A stretch of DNA of 32,000 nt. Origin: Nanobdella aerobiophila (GTDB lineage Archaea; Nanobdellota; Nanobdellia; Nanobdellales; Nanobdellaceae). The notes under the pieces were generated by a model. It saw only the letters and a program-made list of their open reading frames with translations, was not told the origin of the DNA and ran no database searches. The DNA is taken from NCBI RefSeq assembly GCF_023169545.1, contig NZ_AP019769.1, positions 1 through 32,000 of the forward strand, in the 5' to 3' direction. Numbering within the stretch: the stretch's first letter is position 1; every line of letters starts with the position of its first letter. Of this stretch, positions 8,343 to 16,764 are shown in pieces. The translations under genes were made by a program, and so were the position numbers.

Positions 8343-10078
8343 TATTTATATTTTTCGCCAATTATTATATATTTTTTATATAGTAATTTTTTTATCTTTA
8401 TTTTTTTTATTTTTATTCCATGATATCTCAATAATTCTACAATCTCTTCTATACTTTTCTCCACATCTTTAGAATCGATAATATCTGTATATACTATTGA
8501 TATAAATTTACCATTTTCTTTCAATGTCTTATATATGTTTTTTACAAAAACATATTTATTTATGATAAATTTTAGATTTTCATATATTATTATTAGATCT
8601 ATATTATTATATAGGAATTTTGGGATCTCATCTTTCTTAGCAATATGTAAGTAATAATTGTCTAAATTAGCTACTTTTTTTGATAATCTATCAATTATAT
8701 CCTTGGATATATCTATAGCATATACCTTTACATTGAAATTCTTTGCTATATCTATTGATATATCCCCAGAGAAAGGTCCAAAATCTAATATATTATAATT
8801 TTCTTTTACAAAACTTTCTATTATCTGTATATCCTTTTTATAAAATATTTTTCTATATAGATATGGGATAAAATATAATTTAGAAAAATAAAACTTTATT
8901 AATTTTTTATTCTTTTTCCATTCTAATTTTAATGATAATAATAATATTATAATTATAGTGATTATAGTAAATATTATACTATCTGTATTTGATGATAAAT
9001 AATAAAAAGAAAAATAAATAAACAATGTTAATGAAAATATAGCCAAAAACAATTTCAACATTCTATTTCTATTAAAATATTTTGAAGTTACTTTAATTTT
9101 GATATAGGAAATAATATATATAATATATATAATTAGTATGGATACAGAAAAAAATGACAATATATTATTTACATTGGTAAATGTGGATAATGTAAATATC
9201 AGTATTGTAGATATGGAAAAAATAATATATGGGGAGTTATATTTATTCTTTTCAGATATTGTAGATGTTATTAAGTTTTCTTCAGCTAAATTATTTATTA
9301 TGAAATTACTAGTATAGTACCATATGTATATATTTAATATACCAAAGGGTAGAAAGTAATATATCAAGTATGGATAGTATAAAGTATTAAATAGGCTAAT
9401 AAAAGATATATAAGAAATTATCAATAATATAGAGATTATTAATGTTCCAATAAAAGTTACATTTCCAAGTATCCTATTATTATTATAATCTGAATAATAT
9501 GTTAAGATATCTATTCCAGAAAATATGGATATATTATATATTAGTGTAAATATTAATGGATTTATATTATCTGCTACCTTTATATTGAATTTAAATGAAA
9601 ATATAGAGAATATAAATATAATAATAATGAAAATTAGACTTATTATTGCGATATTGTCTATATATCTGCTGTTTATATTTATATTATAATAGGCCATTAT
9701 AAAGAAAATACCAATTATAATATATGGCAATATAATTAATAAAGGATTTATTAGTGTAACTAGATTTTTAATTAATATGATCTCAGTAGCAATGGTAATT
9801 ATTGTAGAAAGATAATAAAATATTCCAGAAATAACTTCTAAATGTTTTGATATTTTTGATATATAATGAAATAAACCTAATTTATTTGGGTCTCTTGTAA
9901 TAGAATCTCTTATTAAACATGATAATATTATGAATGATATTATAACTGGAGTTGATAATAATAAAAATGATATTATATCTATATTATATGATTTAATATA
10001 TAATAATATAAGGGGAATTTCAGGTATAAATACTGATGATATAAATATAATTAGGTATCTTATGCTCTTATTTTTCAT
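8342..10078 (-). CDS. Polytopic membrane protein (about 12 TM helices) fused to a C-terminal class I SAM-dependent methyltransferase
   Basis: 578 aa. About 385 N-terminal residues form 12 hydrophobic segments by eye. The C-terminal ~180 aa carry methyltransferase motif I (ILDFGPFSGDISIDIA), an acidic post-I residue (VYAIDIS) and a later motif (LKENGKFISIVY). The stop shares 1 nt with the NFACT-N start. Confidence 0.7.
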   Translation of the reverse strand: MKNKSIRYLIIFISSVFIPEIPLILLYIKSYNIDIISFLLLSTPVIISFIILSCLIRDSITRDPNKLGLFHYISKISKHLEVISGIFYYLSTIITIATEIILIKNLVTLINPLLIILPYIIIGIFFIMAYYNININSRYIDNIAIISLIFIIIIFIFSIFSFKFNIKVADNINPLIFTLIYNISIFSGIDILTYYSDYNNNRILGNVTFIGTLIISILLIISYISFISLFNTLYYPYLIYYFLPFGILNIYIWYYTSNFIINNLAEENLITSTISEKNKYNSPYIIFSISTILIFTLSTFTNVNNILSFFSVSILIIYIIYIISYIKIKVTSKYFNRNRMLKLFLAIFSLTLFIYFSFYYLSSNTDSIIFTIITIIIILLLSLKLEWKKNKKLIKFYFSKLYFIPYLYRKIFYKKDIQIIESFVKENYNILDFGPFSGDISIDIAKNFNVKVYAIDISKDIIDRLSKKVANLDNYYLHIAKKDEIPKFLYNNIDLIIIYENLKFIINKYVFVKNIYKTLKENGKFISIVYTDIIDSKDVEKSIEEIVELLRYHGIKIKKIKIKKLLYKKYIIIGEKYK

Positions 10079-10142
10079 TTATAAAAAAGGTGTACATCTG
10101 ATAATATAAGGATTTTAATTTTACTACTTTTCAATGATACTA

Positions 10143-10152
10143 TTTAAAAATA
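10143..10152 (+). promoter_or_regulatory. TATA box (TTTAAAAATA), centre about 25 nt upstream of the GH1-like gene ATG
   Basis: Identical 10-mer to the one upstream of rps10 (29742-29751), with the same spacing class. Confidence 0.4.
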
Positions 10153-10171
10153 TTAAATATACAATTTTTAC

Positions 10172-11230
10172 ATGAAATTGGGGGTCTCTATAAATCATTA
10201 TCAAATTACAAATAATTTCCCAGTAAAAACTAATTTAGATAAATTATTATGGTTAATAAGGAAACCTGATAAGAATATAGAGATAAATGAAACTTTTGCA
10301 GAAAAAATGTCTTTAGAAGGCTATAATAAAAATCTCAGATTTTCTATAATACCGAGCTATAATAATTATAAGGAATTTTTTCAAGAATTAAAAAATTATA
10401 ATATAAATTTAACTTTATGTCTAGATCATTTTTATATATGGGATTATAATATTGGTTCTTTATTTGATAAGAATCATTCGAAGAATTTAATAAAAATATT
10501 AGATGGAAAAAAGGAAATATTTAATTATTCTAAATATATAGAGCCCGTGAATGAGCCACAATTATATATATTTTTAAAATCATTTGGAATTATAGATAAT
10601 GTAGAGTTTATAAAGACTTTAACTACAAATCCATATAAATTTTATAAAAGGCTGGATATAGCTATAGATAATATAAAAGAATTAACAAATTACCTTTATG
10701 ATGAATGTAAAAAAGAAAAATATATAATAAATTCATATTATCATTTTGATTTAGTCAATTTAGGAAAAATATTATATATATTTTATCCATTTTTTAAAAA
10801 ATTAGAAGATTTAAATAAAGAATTACCAGGACATTATATAGGATGGCATTATTATGGTTCTATAGGTATTTTAAGGGGTTTAAATTTTTATAGAGATCTA
10901 GATATTATAAATCCTTATAAGATTTCTATTAATAGATTTAAAAAAATCATAGATTATATAAAGGATAAGTATAAAAAAGATATAATAATAACTGAAATTG
11001 GTTTAAGTGCTAATAATAAAAAACAAGAAGTTGATAGATACAATATTTTGACTAAAATGATAGAAGTAGCCAGAAACTCAGGAGCAAAAGAAGTATATAT
11101 ATGGTCTATAATGGATAATTTTGAATTTCAATCTGGTTATTCAAAAAAATTCGGCATATTCTATGATATAGATCTCCATAAAAAGTATCTATATTATCCA
11201 TGGCTAGATGTTTTTAAAAAATATAATTAA
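10172..11230 (+). CDS. Compact glycoside hydrolase family 1-like protein (beta-glycosidase fold)
   Basis: 352 aa. GH1 landmarks occur in order: LGVSINHYQI (cf. WGxAxSAYQIEG), LRFSI (FRFSIxW), NLTLCLDHF (TLxHFD), VNEPQ (acid/base NEP), ITEIG (nucleophile ITENG) and WSIMDNFEFQSGYSKKFGIFYDID (WSLxDNFEWxxGYxxRFGxxxVD). Confidence 0.6.
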   Translation: MKLGVSINHYQITNNFPVKTNLDKLLWLIRKPDKNIEINETFAEKMSLEGYNKNLRFSIIPSYNNYKEFFQELKNYNINLTLCLDHFYIWDYNIGSLFDKNHSKNLIKILDGKKEIFNYSKYIEPVNEPQLYIFLKSFGIIDNVEFIKTLTTNPYKFYKRLDIAIDNIKELTNYLYDECKKEKYIINSYYHFDLVNLGKILYIFYPFFKKLEDLNKELPGHYIGWHYYGSIGILRGLNFYRDLDIINPYKISINRFKKIIDYIKDKYKKDIIITEIGLSANNKKQEVDRYNILTKMIEVARNSGAKEVYIWSIMDNFEFQSGYSKKFGIFYDIDLHKKYLYYPWLDVFKKYN

Positions 11231-11262
11231 ATATTATTAAGACAAAACAATAAATATATTTT

Positions 11263-13017
11263 ATGTTAATAATTGCAGAGAAGCCATCGGTGGCAAGGAA
11301 AATATCTTCATTTCTATCAAATAATCATTTTAAAATTATAAAATTTACAAGAACAATATCTTTTTATTATTTCAAGAAAGATAATAAAAATATATATGTT
11401 TTACCAGCTATTGGACATTTATATACAATATCAGATATAAATAGAAAATTTGATTATCCAGCATTTAAATATCAATGGGTTCCTTCTTATTATGAAGATA
11501 GAATATTAGCAAAAAAATATTATATTGCAATGTTTAATAAATTTAAAAATGAGAAAGAAGTAGTTGTAGCTACAGATTATGATATAGAAGGAGAATTAAT
11601 AGGTTATAATATTTTAAGATTTGCATTAAATAATCTAAATGCAAAAAGAATGATATTCTCTGCAATAACTTATACAGATATACTAAGAGCATATAATAAT
11701 CTAGGTCCTATAAACTATGGATATTATTTAGCAGGTGAAACTAGGCATATAGTTGATTGGTTATATGGTATAAATTTATCAAGAGCATTAACTAAAGCAG
11801 TTAGGCATTATAATAAAAATATTATATTAAGTATGGGAAGGGTACAGGGTCCTACATTAAAATTAGCTTTTATTAGAGAAAAAGAAATTGAAAACTTTAA
11901 ACCAGAGGAATATTATACAATAAATTTAATAGTAGAAAAAGATAATAATCAATTAAAATTTAAGTACATAAAAGAAAGATTAAATTCTAGGGAGGAAGCA
12001 AAGAAAATAAAAGAAGGCTTAGGAGAATATTTGAATGTGATAGATATAATAAGAAAAGATTTGAATGTAGATCCGCCACACCCTTATAATTTGACAGATA
12101 TACAATTAGATAGTTATAGATATTATAAAATAAATCCTAAAAATACATTAAGCGTATTACAAAAATTATATGAGAAAGGATATATATCATATCCTAGAAC
12201 CTCTTCTCAAAAAATACCAGATACTATAAATTATAAAGATATATTAAATAGATTATATTTCTTTGATCAATATAAGAAATATATAGATCCATTATTAGAT
12301 AAGAAAATATTAAGACCGAATAATGGTAAAAAAGATGATGTACATCCAGCGATATATCCTACAGGATTAATACCAAAAAATCTGGATAAATTAGAAAGGC
12401 TATTGTATGATCTAATTGTAAGAAGATTTATAGCAACTTTTTCTGATAAATCTGAAGAAATATTATATTATATAAAAACAAAAGAAGATTTTTATTACAA
12501 TTATAAAGAAATAAAATATAAGGGATGGATGGATATATATTGGATCTTTTTAAAGGAACAATATAGAAATTATAATTTTTATAAAGGAGAAAAATTGAAG
12601 ATATTAAAAATAGATATTAGAAAATCTAAAACGAAGCCACCTACTAGATATAATCAAGCTTCATTATTGAAAAAGATGGAAGAATTAAATCTAGGTACAA
12701 AATCTACAAGAGCAGAAATATTAAATATATTATTTAAGAGAGGGTATCTTTATGGAAGATCTATATATATTACTGATTTGGGAAGGGAAATAATATATAT
12801 ATTTGATAAATATTATCCCGAGATATTAAATATAGAGTTAACTAGAAAAATAGAAGAAAAATTAAATAAATTACAAGATAGACCAGATGAAAGTATGAAA
12901 GAAGGTATAATCAATAATATTATAGAAATATTATCTAATTTATTGTCTGATTTTAAAAGCAAAGAAGAACTAATTGGAAAAGAGATATATGAAGTTATAA
13001 AGAAGAATTATAAATAA
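11263..13017 (+). CDS. topA: DNA topoisomerase IA (Topo III-like, no C-terminal zinc fingers)
   Basis: 584 aa. Toprim start LIIAEKPSVARKI, DxDxE motif ATDYDIEGE, and active-site tyrosine context GYISYPRTSS. Confidence 0.85.
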   Translation: MLIIAEKPSVARKISSFLSNNHFKIIKFTRTISFYYFKKDNKNIYVLPAIGHLYTISDINRKFDYPAFKYQWVPSYYEDRILAKKYYIAMFNKFKNEKEVVVATDYDIEGELIGYNILRFALNNLNAKRMIFSAITYTDILRAYNNLGPINYGYYLAGETRHIVDWLYGINLSRALTKAVRHYNKNIILSMGRVQGPTLKLAFIREKEIENFKPEEYYTINLIVEKDNNQLKFKYIKERLNSREEAKKIKEGLGEYLNVIDIIRKDLNVDPPHPYNLTDIQLDSYRYYKINPKNTLSVLQKLYEKGYISYPRTSSQKIPDTINYKDILNRLYFFDQYKKYIDPLLDKKILRPNNGKKDDVHPAIYPTGLIPKNLDKLERLLYDLIVRRFIATFSDKSEEILYYIKTKEDFYYNYKEIKYKGWMDIYWIFLKEQYRNYNFYKGEKLKILKIDIRKSKTKPPTRYNQASLLKKMEELNLGTKSTRAEILNILFKRGYLYGRSIYITDLGREIIYIFDKYYPEILNIELTRKIEEKLNKLQDRPDESMKEGIINNIIEILSNLLSDFKSKEELIGKEIYEVIKKNYK

Positions 13018-13580
13018 CTAATTATCTCATTTAATATTTCTTCAGGTTTTTTGGATGCATCAATATATCTTATATTATCTTCTGGAAATATCTCTTTTAG
13101 TTTTAAGAAATTATCTCTAACTTTATTTAATATTCCTAATCTTTCATAATAAGTTTTGTATTCTCCTCTTTTTTCTATCCTCTCTATAGCATCTTCTGGA
13201 GATATATCTAGTATAAATGTTATATCAGGTTTTATAATATATTTACTTATTTCTTTCAACCAATTTATATCTATATTATATATTAATTGGTATGAAAATG
13301 TAGAATATAATGTTCTATCTGATATTACGATATAGCCTTCCTCTATCCTTTTCTTTAATTCTATATTCTGTATCTGCCTATCTGCAGTAAATAATAGTGC
13401 CAATATATACCCAGAATCATCGCTATTATTATCCATATATTCTAATATTATATCCCTAAGTTGATCTGGTTCTTTTTTTACATATACTTTATATTTATTC
13501 TCTAAATGATTTTTTAATAAATTTGTAATTGTACTTTTACCAGCCCCATCTATTCCATCTATACCAATATATTTTTTCAT
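13008..13580 (-). CDS. tmk: Thymidylate kinase
   Basis: 190 aa. P-loop GIDGIDGAGKST and the DR motif (ISDRTLYST). The 3' end overlaps the convergent topA 3' end by 10 nt. Confidence 0.85.
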   Translation of the reverse strand: MKKYIGIDGIDGAGKSTITNLLKNHLENKYKVYVKKEPDQLRDIILEYMDNNSDDSGYILALLFTADRQIQNIELKKRIEEGYIVISDRTLYSTFSYQLIYNIDINWLKEISKYIIKPDITFILDISPEDAIERIEKRGEYKTYYERLGILNKVRDNFLKLKEIFPEDNIRYIDASKKPEEILNEIISYL

Positions 13581-13609
13581 TAGTATTTATTTAAAAACTA
13601 GATTTATAT

Positions 13610-15466
13610 TTATTCTAAGCCAATTATATCCCCAATTTTAGGATTATATGTTTGAATGTTAAATTTTCTATATATAGAATATGATAGTTCTCTTGTTTTT
13701 TCTTCTTCTCCATGTATTATTAGTGCTTGTTTTGGTCTTGGTTTCAAATATTTGATAAATGCTAATGTCTCCCCTCTATCTGCATGACCTGAGAATCCTT
13801 CATATCTATTTACCTTCATCTTTATATCTATTTTATTGTTATTTATCATTACTTGTCTTTCTCCAGATAATATTCTCCTACCTAGTGTTCCCTCTGCTTG
13901 ATATGAAACAAATGCCAATAAATTTCGTTCATCTCCTGCTGCATAATAGAAATAATCTAGTATTGGGCCTCCCTGCATCATACCTGATGTTGCTATAATT
14001 ATTGCTGGTTCTTTAGAGCTAATTATCTCTTGTCTATCTTTTTTAATAGCTCTTATTACATTTTCTCTTTCAAAAGGATTCATATTTGTTTCTATTTTCC
14101 CTCTTATTTCTTTACTTAAAAATTCAGGATATGCTGTATGTATCATTGATGTTTCCCATACAATACCTTCTATATATATTTTTATTTCTGGTAATAATTT
14201 GTTATCTATGGCATCCAGTAATGTTAATAATACATCTTGTCCTCTTCCGACAGCTAATACTGGTATTAAAACCTTTCCTCCCTTCTCTATGGTTTCTTTT
14301 ATATCATGTATAAATATACTCTCAGTTTCTTCTCTAGATGCGTGTTTGTCATTTATTCCACCATATGTACTCTCTATCAGTAATGTTTCTAATCTTTGAA
14401 ATCTTGTATTTGGTCTTTCTAATAATTTTGTAGGATTGAATCTGTAATCGCCGGTATATAATAAATTATGCTTTCCCTCAATATTTAAATGCACCATTGA
14501 CGCTCCTAGGATATGATTTGCATTATGTAATGTTAATTTTAGATCTGATGCTATATCTGTTACTTCTCCATAATTTATTGTTATTGTATGCTTTAGAAAT
14601 TCTTTTATATCTCTTATTGTATATAATGCATTTTTATTTTGCCTATTGCTTACTTTTAAATAATCTAATAATACTAAAGCAGCAATATCTCTTGTAGGTT
14701 CAGTTAGATAAACAGGACCCCTCCAGCCAATTCTAAATAAATATGGTATGAATCCAACATGATCTAAATGTGCATGTGATATAATTACAGCATCTAATTT
14801 TTGTATATCTAGTTCTGGTATATTTATAAAAGGATATTTATCTTCAGAGTAATTACCTGCCCCGAGGCCAGAATCTAGTAATATATTACTTTCTTTTGTC
14901 TGTAGTAAAAAAGAAGATCTACCAACTTCTCTACCTGCACCTAAAACTATCAATCTATAATAATTTAATTTTTCTGGCTTTTTTTCTAATATCTTTAATC
15001 CTATATTATTCAGAAACTCGGACTTATATAAAGAATTTTTATGTAAGTATGATCTTATAACATTTATAATCTTTGAAGATCTTAATGGAGCTCTTTGTAT
15101 TATTACATTACAGAGAGTTTCTTTTCTTATAATATTTATTAGGTCTATATTTATTGATTGTGGCTCGTAAGTTTCTATATATACTGTAGACCTATGCCTT
15201 TCAATATATACATCCTTTATTTTTATATTTTGTAATATATTATGTATTTTACTCTTTATTTTTTCATCTTCATCTAATAATTTTGGATCGACTCTTATTT
15301 CTATCCTCTTTTTAATCCTCATTGCGATTTCTTTGCCAAGTTCTAGCCCATTCTTAAATAATTCTATATTTTTTACATATATTATTATCTTTGCTCCCTC
15401 GTACTTTATCTTACTTATCTCCTTTTGATCTAATATACTAAATATTTCTTCTTGAACATTCATCAT
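13610..15466 (-). CDS. fttA: aCPSF1 / FttA: KH-domain beta-CASP metallo-beta-lactamase ribonuclease (transcription termination factor)
   Basis: 618 aa. N-terminal KH-like repeats, then the MBL motif HAHLDHVG, beta-CASP motifs and a C-terminal GHAD..E...F and IHGE. Confidence 0.9.
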   Translation of the reverse strand: MMNVQEEIFSILDQKEISKIKYEGAKIIIYVKNIELFKNGLELGKEIAMRIKKRIEIRVDPKLLDEDEKIKSKIHNILQNIKIKDVYIERHRSTVYIETYEPQSINIDLINIIRKETLCNVIIQRAPLRSSKIINVIRSYLHKNSLYKSEFLNNIGLKILEKKPEKLNYYRLIVLGAGREVGRSSFLLQTKESNILLDSGLGAGNYSEDKYPFINIPELDIQKLDAVIISHAHLDHVGFIPYLFRIGWRGPVYLTEPTRDIAALVLLDYLKVSNRQNKNALYTIRDIKEFLKHTITINYGEVTDIASDLKLTLHNANHILGASMVHLNIEGKHNLLYTGDYRFNPTKLLERPNTRFQRLETLLIESTYGGINDKHASREETESIFIHDIKETIEKGGKVLIPVLAVGRGQDVLLTLLDAIDNKLLPEIKIYIEGIVWETSMIHTAYPEFLSKEIRGKIETNMNPFERENVIRAIKKDRQEIISSKEPAIIIATSGMMQGGPILDYFYYAAGDERNLLAFVSYQAEGTLGRRILSGERQVMINNNKIDIKMKVNRYEGFSGHADRGETLAFIKYLKPRPKQALIIHGEEEKTRELSYSIYRKFNIQTYNPKIGDIIGLE

Positions 15467-15513
15467 AAATCTAAAACTGAATATCTTAGTTTGTATAAGA
15501 AATATTTAAAAAA

Positions 15514-16134
15514 TTATTTTTGTTTTTCTACAGCTTCTTTTATCTCAAATATCTCTCTATTAATTCCTTGGTCTGTTAATGTCCATATCTCTATTCCTCC
15601 ACCAGAACCCAAGTCTCTTCTTGTTGCAGCATATACAGCTTTTTTTGCTACTTCTTTTGCTTCTTCTAGTGTCATTTCCTTCTTATATTCAGTCTCTAAT
15701 ACACCTAATGCGTATATCATTCCAGAACCTGTTGCGGTAAAATCTTCAAAGTCTTCTACTCCTCCAGCCTCATCTATTGAATATATACCATATCCTTTTT
15801 CATCTTTACCTACCAAGATGATTTCTGTAAAAAATGGCGTCCATTTATAATAATTCATTAATGTTGCTAAGAAATTTGCAGCTTCTCCTACGCTTACATC
15901 ATTCTTTGATCTTAGTTTCTTTAATTTTAAATTTGCTCTTAATACATTTAATAAAGTTCTTATATCCCCTACCAAACCTGCTCCACCAAATAATATATTT
16001 TCAGTGATCTGATGTATTTTTTGTGTTTTTCTATGATATACCATAAATCCTGCCGTTGTCTGTCTATCTGCAGCAATTATTACCCCATCTTTAAATTTTA
16101 ATGCAATTATAGTTGTTCCAGATTCCTCCTTCAT
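15514..16134 (-). CDS. psmB: Proteasome subunit beta
   Basis: 206 aa. A short propeptide is followed by GTTIIALKFKDGVIIAADRQTT (catalytic Thr after Gly), and GSG later in the protein. Confidence 0.9.
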   Translation of the reverse strand: MKEESGTTIIALKFKDGVIIAADRQTTAGFMVYHRKTQKIHQITENILFGGAGLVGDIRTLLNVLRANLKLKKLRSKNDVSVGEAANFLATLMNYYKWTPFFTEIILVGKDEKGYGIYSIDEAGGVEDFEDFTATGSGMIYALGVLETEYKKEMTLEEAKEVAKKAVYAATRRDLGSGGGIEIWTLTDQGINREIFEIKEAVEKQK

Positions 16135-16166
16135 AGGATTATAGATGTCAGATATACTTATAAACT

Positions 16167-16742
16167 CTATTTAGAATATTTTTTTATTACTTTTTCTTGA
16201 AAATCTAGTATGATCTTATTTACATCCTCATATATCTCTTTTATATCTTTTTTTATCCCTTTTAGACCAGCACAGACAAATTCTCCATTCTTAAATACAT
16301 TGAATGTTACTTCATAATCATCAGATATAGTATACGGGACGATTGCTGCTGGGAATGCTTCTGGATTGTATGTACTTCCTTCGACTCTATCTGCTAGTTC
16401 AACAATATTTACATTATCCACATCAAACTTTCCATTTACTACAATATTTTGTAATTTTATTTTATACTCTTGAGGTAATTTTATACCTATCTCCTCAAAT
16501 TTTTCTCTGAATGTTTTTATTATATCTTCTAGTTCATTTATATTCTTTAATCCAGCAATATTTATTGTTCCACTATTAAATATCAAAGCTTTTATATTTC
16601 CATTTCTTAATGGTAATATCAATCCAGGGAATGTTTCAGGATCATAAGAGGAATAAGGTAAGCTATTTGCTATCTTATCTAATGGTAGCCTTATATTAAA
16701 ATATAATGTAGCAACTATATTGGAAACATCCCATTTAACCAT
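16167..16742 (-). CDS. tbp: TATA-box binding protein
   Basis: 191 aa with two imperfect repeats: NIVATLYF...YDPETFPGLILPL...ALIFNSGTINIAG and NIVVNGKF...YNPEAFPAAIVPY...FNVFKNGEFVCAG. Confidence 0.9.
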   Translation of the reverse strand: MVKWDVSNIVATLYFNIRLPLDKIANSLPYSSYDPETFPGLILPLRNGNIKALIFNSGTINIAGLKNINELEDIIKTFREKFEEIGIKLPQEYKIKLQNIVVNGKFDVDNVNIVELADRVEGSTYNPEAFPAAIVPYTISDDYEVTFNVFKNGEFVCAGLKGIKKDIKEIYEDVNKIILDFQEKVIKKYSK

Positions 16743-16764
16743 TTTATAATAATTTTAAAAAACT

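Noticed and set aside
11263-13017. The 584-aa topoisomerase considered as the topoisomerase half of a split reverse gyrase, as in Nanoarchaeum equitans.
   Set aside because: The Toprim start IIAEKPS and the active site GYISYPRT are Topo III-like rather than the IVESP.KA / YHRTDS style I associate with reverse gyrase. This cannot be settled without alignment, so it is annotated as generic topoisomerase IA.
13759-14697. Four plus-strand ORFs (66-79 aa) inside the aCPSF1 gene.
   Set aside because: They are antisense to a strongly supported 618-aa gene, with Leu/Phe/Ser-rich nonsense translations and no motifs.
15452-15850. 132-aa plus-strand ORF overlapping the proteasome beta gene.
   Set aside because: It is antisense to psmB. 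Its open frame is explained by the relatively GC-richer, stop-poor antisense of a conserved gene.
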